Below, in pieces: positions 19,604 through 29,174 of a DNA stretch of 64,000 bases. The notes beneath the pieces are model-generated. The model was not told where the DNA came from and searched no databases. It was given only the letters and a program-made list of their open reading frames with translations. Each line of letters opens with the position of its first letter. The stretch's first letter is position 1. Source of the stretch: an uncultured virus (IMG/VR IMGVR_UViG_3300028588_000812) (Duplodnaviria > Heunggongvirae > Uroviricota > Caudoviricetes); the IMG/VR virus record IMGVR_UViG_3300028588_000812. One strand, 5' to 3'. The translations under genes were made by a program, and so were the position numbers.

Positions 19604-20452
19604 CTATACATACGCAATAATAGTATACACCATAAGTACAGTTGTGCTCAGAGTTAATGCCGGTAATAGGATAACTTTTTCAAAAGTACCGTCAGCACGA
19701 ATTCTCATGAAAGCTGGTAAAGCAACATCATACCATCTTTTACCTCTAACCTTGATAGGCCAAGCCATTGGGACACCCATTTTTGTAATAGCGTCACCAA
19801 GAAGATGGATAAACCAACCAAATGCAACACCTATACCAAGGTAAGCATATGTCCCACCAAAACCTGGAATTTCAAGACCAAAAGTGCTATCTTCTGGTGA
19901 AGGAATAAACAATGCAATTAACGCAGCTAAAGCTAATGAGCCTACCATAAGAAGATAAGGTCCATATTTTTTACGTGCTTTTTTAATTTGGTGTTCTAAC
20001 AATCCACCTAAAGCTAAGTTGATATAGATGGAAAGAAGAATAATAGCGTTAAGTTGACCTAAAGTATATTCACGGCCATATAGCTCAACAATGTTTGTTG
20101 GCAACGTAGCTAAGAATGTGACCACACCAGCTATCAGAGCAACCGCTGTAGTATGGAACAGCGTTCGGTGACCATCAGATTTAGCTTCTTCTCTCCGCGT
20201 CTTAGTAAGATTATAAACTGCTACGCTTAGCGAGTTAGCAATAATATGGAAAATTCTTCCAAAAATACCAAATGAGTTTACTACTGTTGAACGACCAGAA
20301 TCAATGTCAGGAGCAAGCGCTGCTCCGGCTGCTACAACTGTTCCCATAATGGCGACGGTTGGATGAACTGGTGCGACTGCTGCTGAATACCATGCTATAC
20401 CAGCCAAAGCTGCTGTTGCACCACTTAAAGCGTGCGTTGGTCCCATTACCAT
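19604..20452 (-). CDS. metal-dependent membrane hydrolase (YdjM/DUF457-like)
   Basis: MGPTHALSG, APDID, HRTLFHT, HLLGDAITKMGVP; multiple TM helices. Confidence 0.85.
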   Translation of the reverse strand: MVMGPTHALSGATAALAGIAWYSAAVAPVHPTVAIMGTVVAAGAALAPDIDSGRSTVVNSFGIFGRIFHIIANSLSVAVYNLTKTRREEAKSDGHRTLFHTTAVALIAGVVTFLATLPTNIVELYGREYTLGQLNAIILLSIYINLALGGLLEHQIKKARKKYGPYLLMVGSLALAALIALFIPSPEDSTFGLEIPGFGGTYAYLGIGVAFGWFIHLLGDAITKMGVPMAWPIKVRGKRWYDVALPAFMRIRADGTFEKVILLPALTLSTTVLMVYTIIAYV

Positions 20453-20494
20453 ATGCTTTAATCTCTTTCGTTAAGTTCTTCTATGTATATAGGC

Positions 20495-20545
20495 TATTAA
20501 ACACTAAATGCCCGCTTTTAGTAAGCGGGCATTTAGTGTTTAATA
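20495..20545. terminator. intrinsic terminator
   Basis: 23-bp perfect inverted repeat. Confidence 0.75.
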
Positions 20546-20554
20546 TATTTAATA

Positions 20555-20740
20555 TTACTTCTCTACGAACATTCCGAATAGATTGCCGAAGAATGTAGCT
20601 ACTGAAGAAATGATTGTGAATAGAAGGCTTCCTAGTCCGTCGAAGAAACCTCCAACGTCCCCACCAGTCATTTTCCAGATAGCAAGAGCAATGCCAAGTA
20701 CAAGAATGGCAGTTACTGTTGATCTAAGTAGGTTACGCAT
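20555..20740 (-). CDS. small membrane protein
   Basis: 61-aa hydrophobic ORF with AAGGA SD and its own terminator. Confidence 0.7.
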   Translation of the reverse strand: MRNLLRSTVTAILVLGIALAIWKMTGGDVGGFFDGLGSLLFTIISSVATFFGNLFGMFVEK

Positions 20741-20832
20741 TTATTTTCCTTAATTAAAGTTTAACTATACTTTATATATAACGAGGCTAGTCTTGAAAAT
20801 GAACAAAACTAGCCTCGTTTATTTATTTTTAT

Positions 20833-21705
20833 TTAGCAGGTTGCAAGCATTTCACGTAATGCAGCAGCATCAGCTTCTGTAATACTTAATTGCCATTTGG
20901 ATGCAACAGTTGTCCAGCTTTTAGCATACTCGCAGTAATAACCTGTATCACTAGGTTTCCACTCTGACGGACCTTGGTCAGATTTGGAGCGATTTTCACC
21001 AGCAGAAACTGCAATCAAATGAGTTCCTTCAAGATTATTTGCATAATCTTGTTTCTTTTGTTTGTCCCATCCTTGTCCACCATGTTGAGCGGTGTAACTA
21101 AGAGGTATCATATGGTCAATATCTAAACTACGAGGGTTAGTAATTTCTTTGCCACTGTAAAAATCTACCCATTTGCCGCCTTTGATTTCACATGCGCTAT
21201 TGATATCAGTAGTAGGGTTACCCTGTTTATCTACTAATTCTAGTTCAACAGCATCACGCGCTAAAACTTGTTCACGAACCGTCCAGCAAGAACGAACATC
21301 AATCCAGTGGTTCCATTCATCACGGTCATAAGAAATTTTATCTGGGTTAGCTATCCTTATAGCAGATAAATTGGTATCAGCAGTGCCTTTGTCTACACCT
21401 GAGCTACCTTTTCCGCCTTCTTCGTATTTGTCAATACCTTCGCCGGGAGAAGGATTACTTGGGCTGTCTCCACCTTCAATAACATCTTTAACTTTATCGC
21501 TTACGCTAGGAGCAATACCTGTAGCCCATTGCTTAACACTTTCAGTTTTACTTTGAAGAATTTCAATAATACCTTTAGCACCTGGGTCATAAGGGATTTG
21601 GAAAAAGGCAAAGATAAGTCCAGCTACAACAAAAAACCATACTACTTTGTCAGTGGTTCCACCACCGCGTCCGCCACCTGAGCTTCTTCTAGACCTGTTA
21701 GCCAT
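20833..21705 (-). CDS. membrane-anchored extracytoplasmic HNH nuclease (DUF1524-like)
   Basis: N-terminal TM; YDRDEW, REQVLARD, LDIDHMIPLS, ANN...LIAVSAGENRSKSDQGPSEWKP, YCEYA. Confidence 0.85.
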   Translation of the reverse strand: MANRSRRSSGGGRGGGTTDKVVWFFVVAGLIFAFFQIPYDPGAKGIIEILQSKTESVKQWATGIAPSVSDKVKDVIEGGDSPSNPSPGEGIDKYEEGGKGSSGVDKGTADTNLSAIRIANPDKISYDRDEWNHWIDVRSCWTVREQVLARDAVELELVDKQGNPTTDINSACEIKGGKWVDFYSGKEITNPRSLDIDHMIPLSYTAQHGGQGWDKQKKQDYANNLEGTHLIAVSAGENRSKSDQGPSEWKPSDTGYYCEYAKSWTTVASKWQLSITEADAAALREMLATC

Positions 21706-21758
21706 TTATTTTTATTCCCTTAATTAATCTTATTGTTCTTGCTTTATATCTATCGTCG

Positions 21759-23885
21759 TTAAGGCTTTGAAGGAAGCTTAGGTAATGACGGTAATGTAAC
21801 ATTAGCGTTACCATTTTTAGGCATAGTTCTCATCGCTGGTAATGGAGGCAATGGGGGTAATGGAGGCAAGCTATCTAATCCTGGCTTACTAGGTAAACCA
21901 ACAACAGGCTTAGGTTCTTCTACGCTTTGAGAAACAGCGACCTCTTCTTCCTCTTCTGGTTCAGGTACAACAAATTTCTTTGGCACAGACTGAATAGTAG
22001 GTGGAATATCAATATCTATTGGTTCTTGGTTTGCATAGAACTGTTCTAGATATAATTCTGCTTCTGATTTAGACATGTCCTCTTTGACGGGAGGTAACAT
22101 GGTTGCGCTGTCATCTAAGCCAAGTTCTTGAAGAAGTTTTTTGTCATCTTCTGATAAATCCGCCTCAGAATTAAAGTTTTCGGGTTCAAGTTCTTCTGGA
22201 ATTTCACCAGGAGCACCCAATGGAGCTTCTACGATAGCTTCCTGACGAGCAAGTTCTTCTTCATCTAAGCTTTCTGTAACTGTTTCACCAGCAATATCAA
22301 TTTTTCCATCTTCAAAGTTGTATGATGCTGCTAATTCTTCTAATTCATCATCTAAGTCCATATCTTCTGAGGATGTGTTACCTGTTGGATATAGTTCTGG
22401 TTCACGATGAGGGTTAGCTTGTAAGAATTCTTCAATCCAGTCTTGTTCAGCAAAGTAACCTTGGAATTGGTGTTGGTCACCACCGAAACGTACAATACCG
22501 CGACCTTTAATGTGACCTGGTAGTTGTGTAGCTGCACCGGAGTCTAGAACCATAGAAGATGGGGTAGCGTCTAGACGACCAGCGGCAATACGGATGTCAA
22601 GGTTGGCTTTAAGCTCACCCTTGATAACTGTAGCGTCAGGACGCTGAGTAGCAAGTACAAGATGGACACCGGAAGCACGACCTAGACGAGCAATTTCACC
22701 TAGCATAACAGCAGCTTCACCATGAAGTTGGTCACGCATTTTACCTTCATCAGTTTTTGCACCTTCTAACGACAAGAACATGAACGCCTCATCGACCATA
22801 AGCATAATTGCGTATGGTGGCTTACCATTTTCGTCAAGCAAGTTACTAAAGTGGTTTACCCCTTTAGCTTCCATTTCTTCATAGCGGGTTTCCATAACTT
22901 CTTTAGCGTAACGAACAATTTCTACACCGTCTTCAAGGTTAGCACCAATACCTAGAACAGTTTTCTTGTAACGCTTGAATGGTGTAAGTTCTACTCGTTT
23001 AACGTCAACACCGAGGAAGCGCCACATATCGTTATGTTGAATACAATGGAATACTAAGTTCCTTTGAAGAACAGATTTACCGGAACCAGTAGAACCACAA
23101 ATAAGCATGTGAGGAGTTTTGGTTAAGTCAACACTAACTTCACCTTGTGTACCTAAACCTAATGGAATTTCATACCAAGGATGTTTACCAACACCAGGAT
23201 ACATTGCTCTTTCAGGAAGGTGGCTAATTGGTTGTGCGATTACTGTTCCGTCAGCAGATTTCCATTCATAAATCCATGAGTTATTATCTGTAACGGTTGT
23301 GTTGAAGTGGCTTTCAAATCCGTCACGGGCAGCGATAGATGAAGAATCCCAGTTGGCAGGAATGCTAATATGAGTTTCACCAGGAGTTGTTAAATCTTCC
23401 CATTTTTTGATACGAACAAAGCCCCAAGGGTTAAGCTCTGAACCTCTTCCATAACGGAAGCCAGCAGAGGCAACAGCAAACATTCTTTGAAGAATTCTGT
23501 CGCGTTGAGATAATGGTTTTGCTGTTTGAATCCATACAACAAGTAGTAAAATAAGTGCTGGTATCCAAGCATCAGCCATATGTAAACCTATCATGGCAAA
23601 AGTTGCGATTAATAAGGCCCAGTTTATGCTTTTAATAGAAAGAAACTTTTTAACAAACTTATTTTGTGACTTAGGCAAAAGGTTTCTTGGGTCTTCGCGG
23701 AAAGCAAAACGCGTTACTCTGGCAAACGAGTTGCCAAAGTACGGTGTTGCTACACCTTTTCCACGTCGCATTGGAACCCATTTACGGTTCCACAAAATAG
23801 TTGCTCCAATATATAGAGCAATCAAACCTACAAAAATAGTTGGCAATCCTACTGTGTAGTAGTCTGCCCCAAACATATCATCCAT
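21759..23885 (-). CDS. FtsK/SpoIIIE-family membrane ATPase (TcpA/TraB-like DNA translocase or coupling protein)
   Basis: N-terminal TMs; PHMLICGSTGSGKS, DVKRVEL, LMVDEA, ARLGRASGVHLVLATQRPD, KGRG; acidic/Pro-rich tail. Confidence 0.88.
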   Translation of the reverse strand: MDDMFGADYYTVGLPTIFVGLIALYIGATILWNRKWVPMRRGKGVATPYFGNSFARVTRFAFREDPRNLLPKSQNKFVKKFLSIKSINWALLIATFAMIGLHMADAWIPALILLLVVWIQTAKPLSQRDRILQRMFAVASAGFRYGRGSELNPWGFVRIKKWEDLTTPGETHISIPANWDSSSIAARDGFESHFNTTVTDNNSWIYEWKSADGTVIAQPISHLPERAMYPGVGKHPWYEIPLGLGTQGEVSVDLTKTPHMLICGSTGSGKSVLQRNLVFHCIQHNDMWRFLGVDVKRVELTPFKRYKKTVLGIGANLEDGVEIVRYAKEVMETRYEEMEAKGVNHFSNLLDENGKPPYAIMLMVDEAFMFLSLEGAKTDEGKMRDQLHGEAAVMLGEIARLGRASGVHLVLATQRPDATVIKGELKANLDIRIAAGRLDATPSSMVLDSGAATQLPGHIKGRGIVRFGGDQHQFQGYFAEQDWIEEFLQANPHREPELYPTGNTSSEDMDLDDELEELAASYNFEDGKIDIAGETVTESLDEEELARQEAIVEAPLGAPGEIPEELEPENFNSEADLSEDDKKLLQELGLDDSATMLPPVKEDMSKSEAELYLEQFYANQEPIDIDIPPTIQSVPKKFVVPEPEEEEEVAVSQSVEEPKPVVGLPSKPGLDSLPPLPPLPPLPAMRTMPKNGNANVTLPSLPKLPSKP

Positions 23886-23895
23886 CGTGTTATAG

Positions 23896-23903
23896 ATATC
23901 GGC
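23896..23903 (-). promoter_or_regulatory. sigma28/WhiG-type -10 element GCCGATAT
   Basis: 11 nt before the FtsK-like ATG; no SD. Confidence 0.55.
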
Positions 23904-23909
23904 TTCAAC

Positions 23910-23950
23910 ATAAAATTCCCCTTCAAACTAAGTTTGAAGGGGAATTTTAT
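23910..23950 (-). terminator. terminator after ssb
   Basis: 20-bp perfect inverted repeat. Confidence 0.75.
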
Positions 23951-23966
23951 TTAGTCTAATTTAAGA

Positions 23967-24416
23967 TTAGAATGGCATGTCATCGTTAGATGATGCTGCT
24001 ACTGCTGGGGCTGTGTAGCCGCCACCAGCATTGTTACCGCCACCGTTGTTTGAACGGACAGCTTTTTGAACTGTAGCTGTAGCGAATTGTAATGTTGGAC
24101 CAACAACGTCAGCAACTAATTTACGAGAAGTTTTCTCTTCGTTTGTTTCTTTGTCGTTGTACTTTTCGGCAACATAACGGCCTTGTACGAATACCTGGTC
24201 GCCTTTCTTCAATGAAGCGCCAATGTTTTCGGCTAATGCTTCCCAAGCTACAACTTTAACCCAGTCGGTTACTCCATTTTCCCAAGCGCCAGAAGCCTTG
24301 TTGAAGCTACGAGGGGTGTCTGCAACAGAAAGTGTTACAACTGCTTTACCGTTTGGTGTGAACTTTAGTTCTGGGTCGCGTGCTAGGTTACCTACAACAG
24401 TTACTGTGTTACTCAT
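23967..24416 (-). CDS. ssb: single-stranded DNA-binding protein, actinobacterial type
   Basis: TVVGNLARDPELKFTPNGKAV...VADTPR; Gly-rich linker; acidic DDMPF tail. Confidence 0.95.
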   Translation of the reverse strand: MSNTVTVVGNLARDPELKFTPNGKAVVTLSVADTPRSFNKASGAWENGVTDWVKVVAWEALAENIGASLKKGDQVFVQGRYVAEKYNDKETNEEKTSRKLVADVVGPTLQFATATVQKAVRSNNGGGNNAGGGYTAPAVAASSNDDMPF

Positions 24417-24464
24417 TTTATTTTACCTTAGTTTCTCTAATAATTTATTGGGTTTTTAATTGTT

Positions 24465-24770
24465 CTATTTCTTTGGAAATAGAATGACAACTAGGTTGTC
24501 TTTTGTTGGCTTTCTATTACTTGTAGAAATTTCTGAAAATTTCTCTACAAGAGAAGAAAGCCATTCCACACCTTGTTCAGGGTGGGCTTTTTCTCTTCCC
24601 ATAAGTTGAAGTCGTAACTTAACTTGATGCTTTTTGTTAAGTGCTTGTTCAATTTTACGAGATTTTACTTCTAAATCATGTTCAGCTATGTTTTTGTGGA
24701 AACGAATTTCTACCATTTTTGGCTGAGTTTGATTTTTGTTCTGTTCTGACTTGTCATACTTATTCATCAA
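24465..24770 (-). CDS. translation initiation factor IF3, C-terminal domain only
   Basis: EIRFHKNIAEHDLEVK...VKLRLQLMGREKAHPEQG matches IF3C; no N-domain. Confidence 0.8.
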   Translation of the reverse strand: MMNKYDKSEQNKNQTQPKMVEIRFHKNIAEHDLEVKSRKIEQALNKKHQVKLRLQLMGREKAHPEQGVEWLSSLVEKFSEISTSNRKPTKDNLVVILFPKK

Positions 24771-25269
24771 ACAAGCCCTTAATCATATCTAACGTGTATC
24801 TTTCTCTTACGAGTCTTTTAACTTGTTTAGCTACGTCATAAGCAGAACGTTCGTGGTCCCTTGTTCCTACAGCATTACCCGCAAGCTCTTTGGGCCTTCT
24901 GCCTGTAAGTTCTTCTGGGTATTCTGTACCACTACCATTTTTACCAGGACGTACAATAACTGCTTTAGGTATAAGTGCTGAAATCGCACCAACTACCATT
25001 CCTAAATGAATTAAATGTTTCGGATTCATTAGGCTTTTCTTACCGTTATTGTAAGCCTGTGGAGTAGCTACACCTTCAATACCTACGGCTGCATCAGGCC
25101 ATTTAGATATGATTGTATCAATAATGTGTTGAGCTACTTCAACCGCCCATGTAACAGGTGGTGTATCGTCGGGTCTTTTGAATGTAGTGGATAAAACAAC
25201 TACATCGTCGGTGATGACGCTGACCGCAGTGTATCTGGGGCCAGGGTCAATACCAATTATTGTTTCCAT
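24760..25269 (-). CDS. RuvC-like Holliday junction resolvase
   Basis: IIGIDPGPRYTAVSV, VGIEG, HERSAYDVA. Confidence 0.75.
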   Translation of the reverse strand: METIIGIDPGPRYTAVSVITDDVVVLSTTFKRPDDTPPVTWAVEVAQHIIDTIISKWPDAAVGIEGVATPQAYNNGKKSLMNPKHLIHLGMVVGAISALIPKAVIVRPGKNGSGTEYPEELTGRRPKELAGNAVGTRDHERSAYDVAKQVKRLVRERYTLDMIKGLFDE

Positions 25270-25280
25270 CAGTTCCTTAA

Positions 25281-27056
25281 TTATACGTTCTCTACAGCAA
25301 CGCGTACTGCATGGTCAAGGACTTCTGGACCGCCCGCACTGTAGTGGTCAATAAAGTCCTCTACAAGAGCTTCAGGAATTTTCTTGACGTTACTATAATC
25401 GGCACCAAAGGTGTAAGCTAGTAATTTAGTAATACGAATTAAATCACCTTTATCGCTTACGTCAAAACCGGAATCAGCAAACATTTGTTTGAAGTTTGTA
25501 ATTGTTTCGTCAGAAGGTAATTCTTCACCTTCAACTTCATCAGAATTTAGATGTTGTTGAGGGTATAGAACACTGCTGTCATAAACATTTTCAGAGCTTG
25601 CAGCAACAGCAGGTGTTTCTGATGCAGCTACAACTTCTTCTTCTGTTGCTTCTGGTTCGTCATTCACAACGGCAATATTTCCAGTACCACCGGATTCGAT
25701 GATACTTCTTGCTGTTGCAAGTCTATCTGCTGCACTAGGTTGAGCTTTTTCTTCAACTTGTGGTACAGCAGTTGGTTCTGGTTGAGTTTGTGTAACTTCT
25801 GGTTCAGGCTGAGAAACCGCAGGGGCAGGAACGCTTTGAGGGCGTTCAGTGGCAACTGCGTTACCTGTTAAAGAAGCTGGTACAGGAACAGCGAAGCCCT
25901 TGAAAGAAATAGAAGCTTCAACTGCTCTACGGAAACGCTTGACGCCTTCTTTACCTACACTGCTTACCCAGTTACGGTGATTTTCTTCACTGTAAGTAAT
26001 TGTGTGGGTACCATCATTGTTATCTGAGAAACCAATTGGAAGAGGGAAACTCTTTTTAATTAGCTCATAAACAATTCCACGAATACGAGTGTGTGATGCG
26101 GCAGCGCGGTCAACACGTGAACCTTCACCGTAAGAAGCTACTTGAACTCGGTCGGTAATAGCAAAGACAATATCCATGTAGTAGGAAGCAGCATCGTCAA
26201 CATTGGTTAGTTGGCTTAGAGAAATAGATTTTTCTTCTGCTTGTGTTTGAATTCTATCATTGATAAGAGTATCAACACCTACACCAGCGGCGATTACACC
26301 AGAACCAAGGTTTAGGCGACCATCACTGTTATATTCTTTCCAAGAAGGAGCTTCTGTTGAAAAGTTTTGACGTGGTTCAGGGCGAGAGTTATCTCGTTTG
26401 TCTGGTCCAGCTAAAGCTACGTTAACTGTCTCAGGTGCTACACCGTTTAATAGTAGCTGAGCGGCCATAGCGTCTAGTACAGAGCCACGAACACCTGGTG
26501 TAGCACTGGCTGCTTTAAAGTTAGCTAAAAGCTCTTCTACGTTGACTGTAGCGCTTCCAGCTTGTGGGTTACCAGCACTTGGATTAGCCATATCAGTGGG
26601 ACTAGCGACATAGCGACCACCTGAATGCTTAGGGTCTTCGTTAGGGTTTGTTACAGCTTCGCCAGAAAGAACGTTGTTAATTCCAACAAGAATTACTTTA
26701 ACGTTTTCACGAGCTACACCAGGGTCTTTGAAATCTTCCATAGGTCTTTTACGCTCTACGTTAGCTTTACGCTGAGTTTCAATTCTAAAACTGACTTGTT
26801 CGTCATTATCTCTGGCTGTTTTAACTAGCTCATAGACAGGTTCATCAGTTCTAATCCAACCGTGGATGGGGAACTTAGTATTAGGAACTGCGAAGTGCAC
26901 GTCGGCTACTTCTTTAGCAGTATTTTCTCTGATCTCTTTAATGGTTCCTTTGTTAACTTGAACGTTAACTTCTGCGCGGACACCATTTTCATCAGTACCA
27001 TCATGAGAAACAAAACTGAATGGGGTTGATTGTTTCTTATTTTGTTCGGTTGACAT
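25281..27056 (-). CDS. hypothetical protein in a recombination gene cluster
   Basis: 591-aa ORF, GGAG SD, low-complexity linkers. Confidence 0.75.
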   Translation of the reverse strand: MSTEQNKKQSTPFSFVSHDGTDENGVRAEVNVQVNKGTIKEIRENTAKEVADVHFAVPNTKFPIHGWIRTDEPVYELVKTARDNDEQVSFRIETQRKANVERKRPMEDFKDPGVARENVKVILVGINNVLSGEAVTNPNEDPKHSGGRYVASPTDMANPSAGNPQAGSATVNVEELLANFKAASATPGVRGSVLDAMAAQLLLNGVAPETVNVALAGPDKRDNSRPEPRQNFSTEAPSWKEYNSDGRLNLGSGVIAAGVGVDTLINDRIQTQAEEKSISLSQLTNVDDAASYYMDIVFAITDRVQVASYGEGSRVDRAAASHTRIRGIVYELIKKSFPLPIGFSDNNDGTHTITYSEENHRNWVSSVGKEGVKRFRRAVEASISFKGFAVPVPASLTGNAVATERPQSVPAPAVSQPEPEVTQTQPEPTAVPQVEEKAQPSAADRLATARSIIESGGTGNIAVVNDEPEATEEEVVAASETPAVAASSENVYDSSVLYPQQHLNSDEVEGEELPSDETITNFKQMFADSGFDVSDKGDLIRITKLLAYTFGADYSNVKKIPEALVEDFIDHYSAGGPEVLDHAVRVAVENV

Positions 27057-27149
27057 AATTGATTTACTCCTTGTGATTTCTACTTTGTGTGTAATACTAT
27101 TTTATCATTCAATCAAAAAACATCGCATTTTTTTAACTATATTAATAAA

Positions 27150-27181
27150 AAAGGTGGAGACAATTTTCTGTCTCCACCTTT
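27150..27181 (-). terminator. terminator
   Basis: aaaggtggagaca / tgtctccaccttt hairpin with T tract on the minus strand. Confidence 0.7.
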
Positions 27182-27195
27182 AATACTATTTGAAA

Positions 27196-29043
27196 CTAAA
27201 TATCTTCTGGACCATGAATTTCTTCAAGGAATACACCTTTGGGATTGCGGAGTTCTCCATGGAAAGCATGCATATCCCATACGCGACGTAAGGACTGGAA
27301 TGTATTATACACTTCGTCACTAATATCAATGCGTTGAGTTGTCACGCCCTTAGGTGAAATGTGAATTCCAACAGCCGCATCAATTTGAGGCATATCTACT
27401 AGCTCTTTATTATCAATAGCGATTTTGTCACCACGAGCGTTAGCAGCAAGCTGGTAAGATACATCCATATGTAAACCTTTACGGTTTGTGTTGTGAGTAA
27501 TCAACCCACCAGTAATATGAGTGTGGCTTCCTGCTACTTCAATAGCAACAGTGTGATGTTCCTCTTCTGTAATCTCAATAGAAGTAACACGTGTCACAGA
27601 GGGACCGTGAGTGAAGATTGTTCCTTCTTTTTCAAAAGGAGTTTTAAGGTAGCTGTAGCCGGTCTTAGGGTCTGTTGTAATATTAGCGGGTTGACCGTAA
27701 TTAGCGAAAAGCTGTTGAAGACTTTCTAAAGCAGGTCGGTTTAGAACAACAAATAATTCTTCTGCATAAATTTCTTTATTAGCAAACACTTCGCGGACAC
27801 CTGCAAAGAAAGCATAAAGCTGGTTAGGTGTTGCACCATAAACGAAATCAGGTAAATCGGAAGTATCAACAAGGTCTAAGAAGTCATCTACAGTGATACC
27901 GTTTTTGCGAGCAATCTTAGCAAAACCTTTGGTGGTGTTAAGTTTTCCAGCTTTATTGAATTGGAAACCAATTTCTTGTAGTTCTTGTTTCAAACCATCT
28001 TTAGAAATTTTAGGAAGTTCAATAAGGTTCTCTGTACGCCAATCTTGACGTGAGAAATTACGTAAGGTCCAGAATAGACCTAATAGGTAAGGTGAAAGGT
28101 TTTTCTTATAAGGCCATTCAATGGCTTGACGGTATTGGCTGTAGTTCCAACCCATAGCAACATAAACCTCATCACCAATCTTAAGGTCTTCTGCTGTTAC
28201 CCAACCAAGTTGCTGGCTCTTACGTGAAGACCAGAAAGGATGATTAAGAGTTGATGTAACACGGTGGCCACTTGCAGTTGTAATTGTTGCAACTTTATGG
28301 AAACCATTATCGCCAGCATAGCTCACTTTTGCTGTATGTAGCCCGGATTTGTCCCAAGCTACAACTTCATCACCTTCAACAACATCTATAGCTTTCTTGG
28401 TGCTTCCATCAGGAAGTAGAACAGGTGTGTCATCTACAACACACTTGTAGTCGCCAATAATAGTTTTTCCGTTAATGTTACAAATAACATCTGTTGTGTG
28501 AGCGTATCCCAAGTTATCTTCCTTTGTCGTACCGTATCCGGTAATTTCTAAATGTTGCATTTCAGGTTGGAATTTATCCAACCAAAACTTAAATTGGTCT
28601 AAAGACTTTGATTCGTAATCTGTCAAAGTTAGGTGAGAAATATTTAATCCTGCACCAAGTAACTCACAACCTAAATGAATTTTTGAACCTTGATTACCTG
28701 CAAAGTCGCGTTCTCTATCAGAAGCTTTCTTGAAATAATCAATAGCTCCGAAAGGATTGGCTTTCACACGCTCAAAGAACATGTTAGGATTAGCTTTAGC
28801 TAAATCTACTGCTGCTTTAGCGGAAAGCCTTGCGGCCCAAGGGACTAGATAAGGTGAACTTCTAACTGAAATAATATTAGTTGTAGAAGGCACTAAGTCA
28901 CCTGAGATAACTAGTTCCTTAATTTTTTTAAGGGGAAGCTTTTCAGGCAAAACAAAATCTGGGCGGCGATATAATCGACCAATAGCATCTGTAGTAGCAA
29001 TAGCTAAAACAGGATCTGGGGTATCATCTGTGGTGGTGCTCAA
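27196..29043 (-). CDS. PD-(D/E)xK exonuclease (phage Cas4/RecB-like) interrupted by an intein
   Basis: VPSTTNII, LVPWAA, GSKIH, GYAHTTD, IIGDYK|T...YQLAA after intein removal. Confidence 0.8.
   Translation of the reverse strand: MSTTTDDTPDPVLAIATTDAIGRLYRRPDFVLPEKLPLKKIKELVISGDLVPSTTNIISVRSSPYLVPWAARLSAKAAVDLAKANPNMFFERVKANPFGAIDYFKKASDRERDFAGNQGSKIHLGCELLGAGLNISHLTLTDYESKSLDQFKFWLDKFQPEMQHLEITGYGTTKEDNLGYAHTTDVICNINGKTIIGDYKCVVDDTPVLLPDGSTKKAIDVVEGDEVVAWDKSGLHTAKVSYAGDNGFHKVATITTASGHRVTSTLNHPFWSSRKSQQLGWVTAEDLKIGDEVYVAMGWNYSQYRQAIEWPYKKNLSPYLLGLFWTLRNFSRQDWRTENLIELPKISKDGLKQELQEIGFQFNKAGKLNTTKGFAKIARKNGITVDDFLDLVDTSDLPDFVYGATPNQLYAFFAGVREVFANKEIYAEELFVVLNRPALESLQQLFANYGQPANITTDPKTGYSYLKTPFEKEGTIFTHGPSVTRVTSIEITEEEHHTVAIEVAGSHTHITGGLITHNTNRKGLHMDVSYQLAANARGDKIAIDNKELVDMPQIDAAVGIHISPKGVTTQRIDISDEVYNTFQSLRRVWDMHAFHGELRNPKGVFLEEIHGPEDI
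27490..28443 (-). mobile_element. intein (318 aa, Cys1...His-Asn, +1 Thr) with degenerate LAGLIDADG-like insert
   Basis: CVVDDTPVLLPDGS block A, STLNHPFW block B, GGLITHN|T block G. Confidence 0.88.
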
Positions 29044-29110
29044 TTTGTGTCCTCTTAAATTGTGGTTACAAGTAAACTATACATGTTTAAAATCACAATG
29101 TCAAGTTGAC

Positions 29111-29152
29111 ATATAAAAAATCCCCACATTTTAATGTGAGGATTTTTTATAT
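29111..29152 (-). terminator. terminator
   Basis: near-perfect inverted repeat atataaaaaatcc-cacatt / aatgtg-ggattttttatat. Confidence 0.6.
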
Positions 29153-29174
29153 ATTAAGTAGTTAAACCTTAACG

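Noticed and set aside
8337..21705. Restriction-modification pair formed by the methyltransferase and the DUF1524 nuclease
   Set aside because: Genes are >11 kb apart, the MTase lacks its catalytic Cys and the nuclease is membrane-anchored/extracytoplasmic
27196..29043. Cas4-like nuclease as evidence of CRISPR-Cas
   Set aside because: Stand-alone PD-(D/E)xK exonuclease in a recombination context; no Fe-S Cys cluster, array or cas1/cas2
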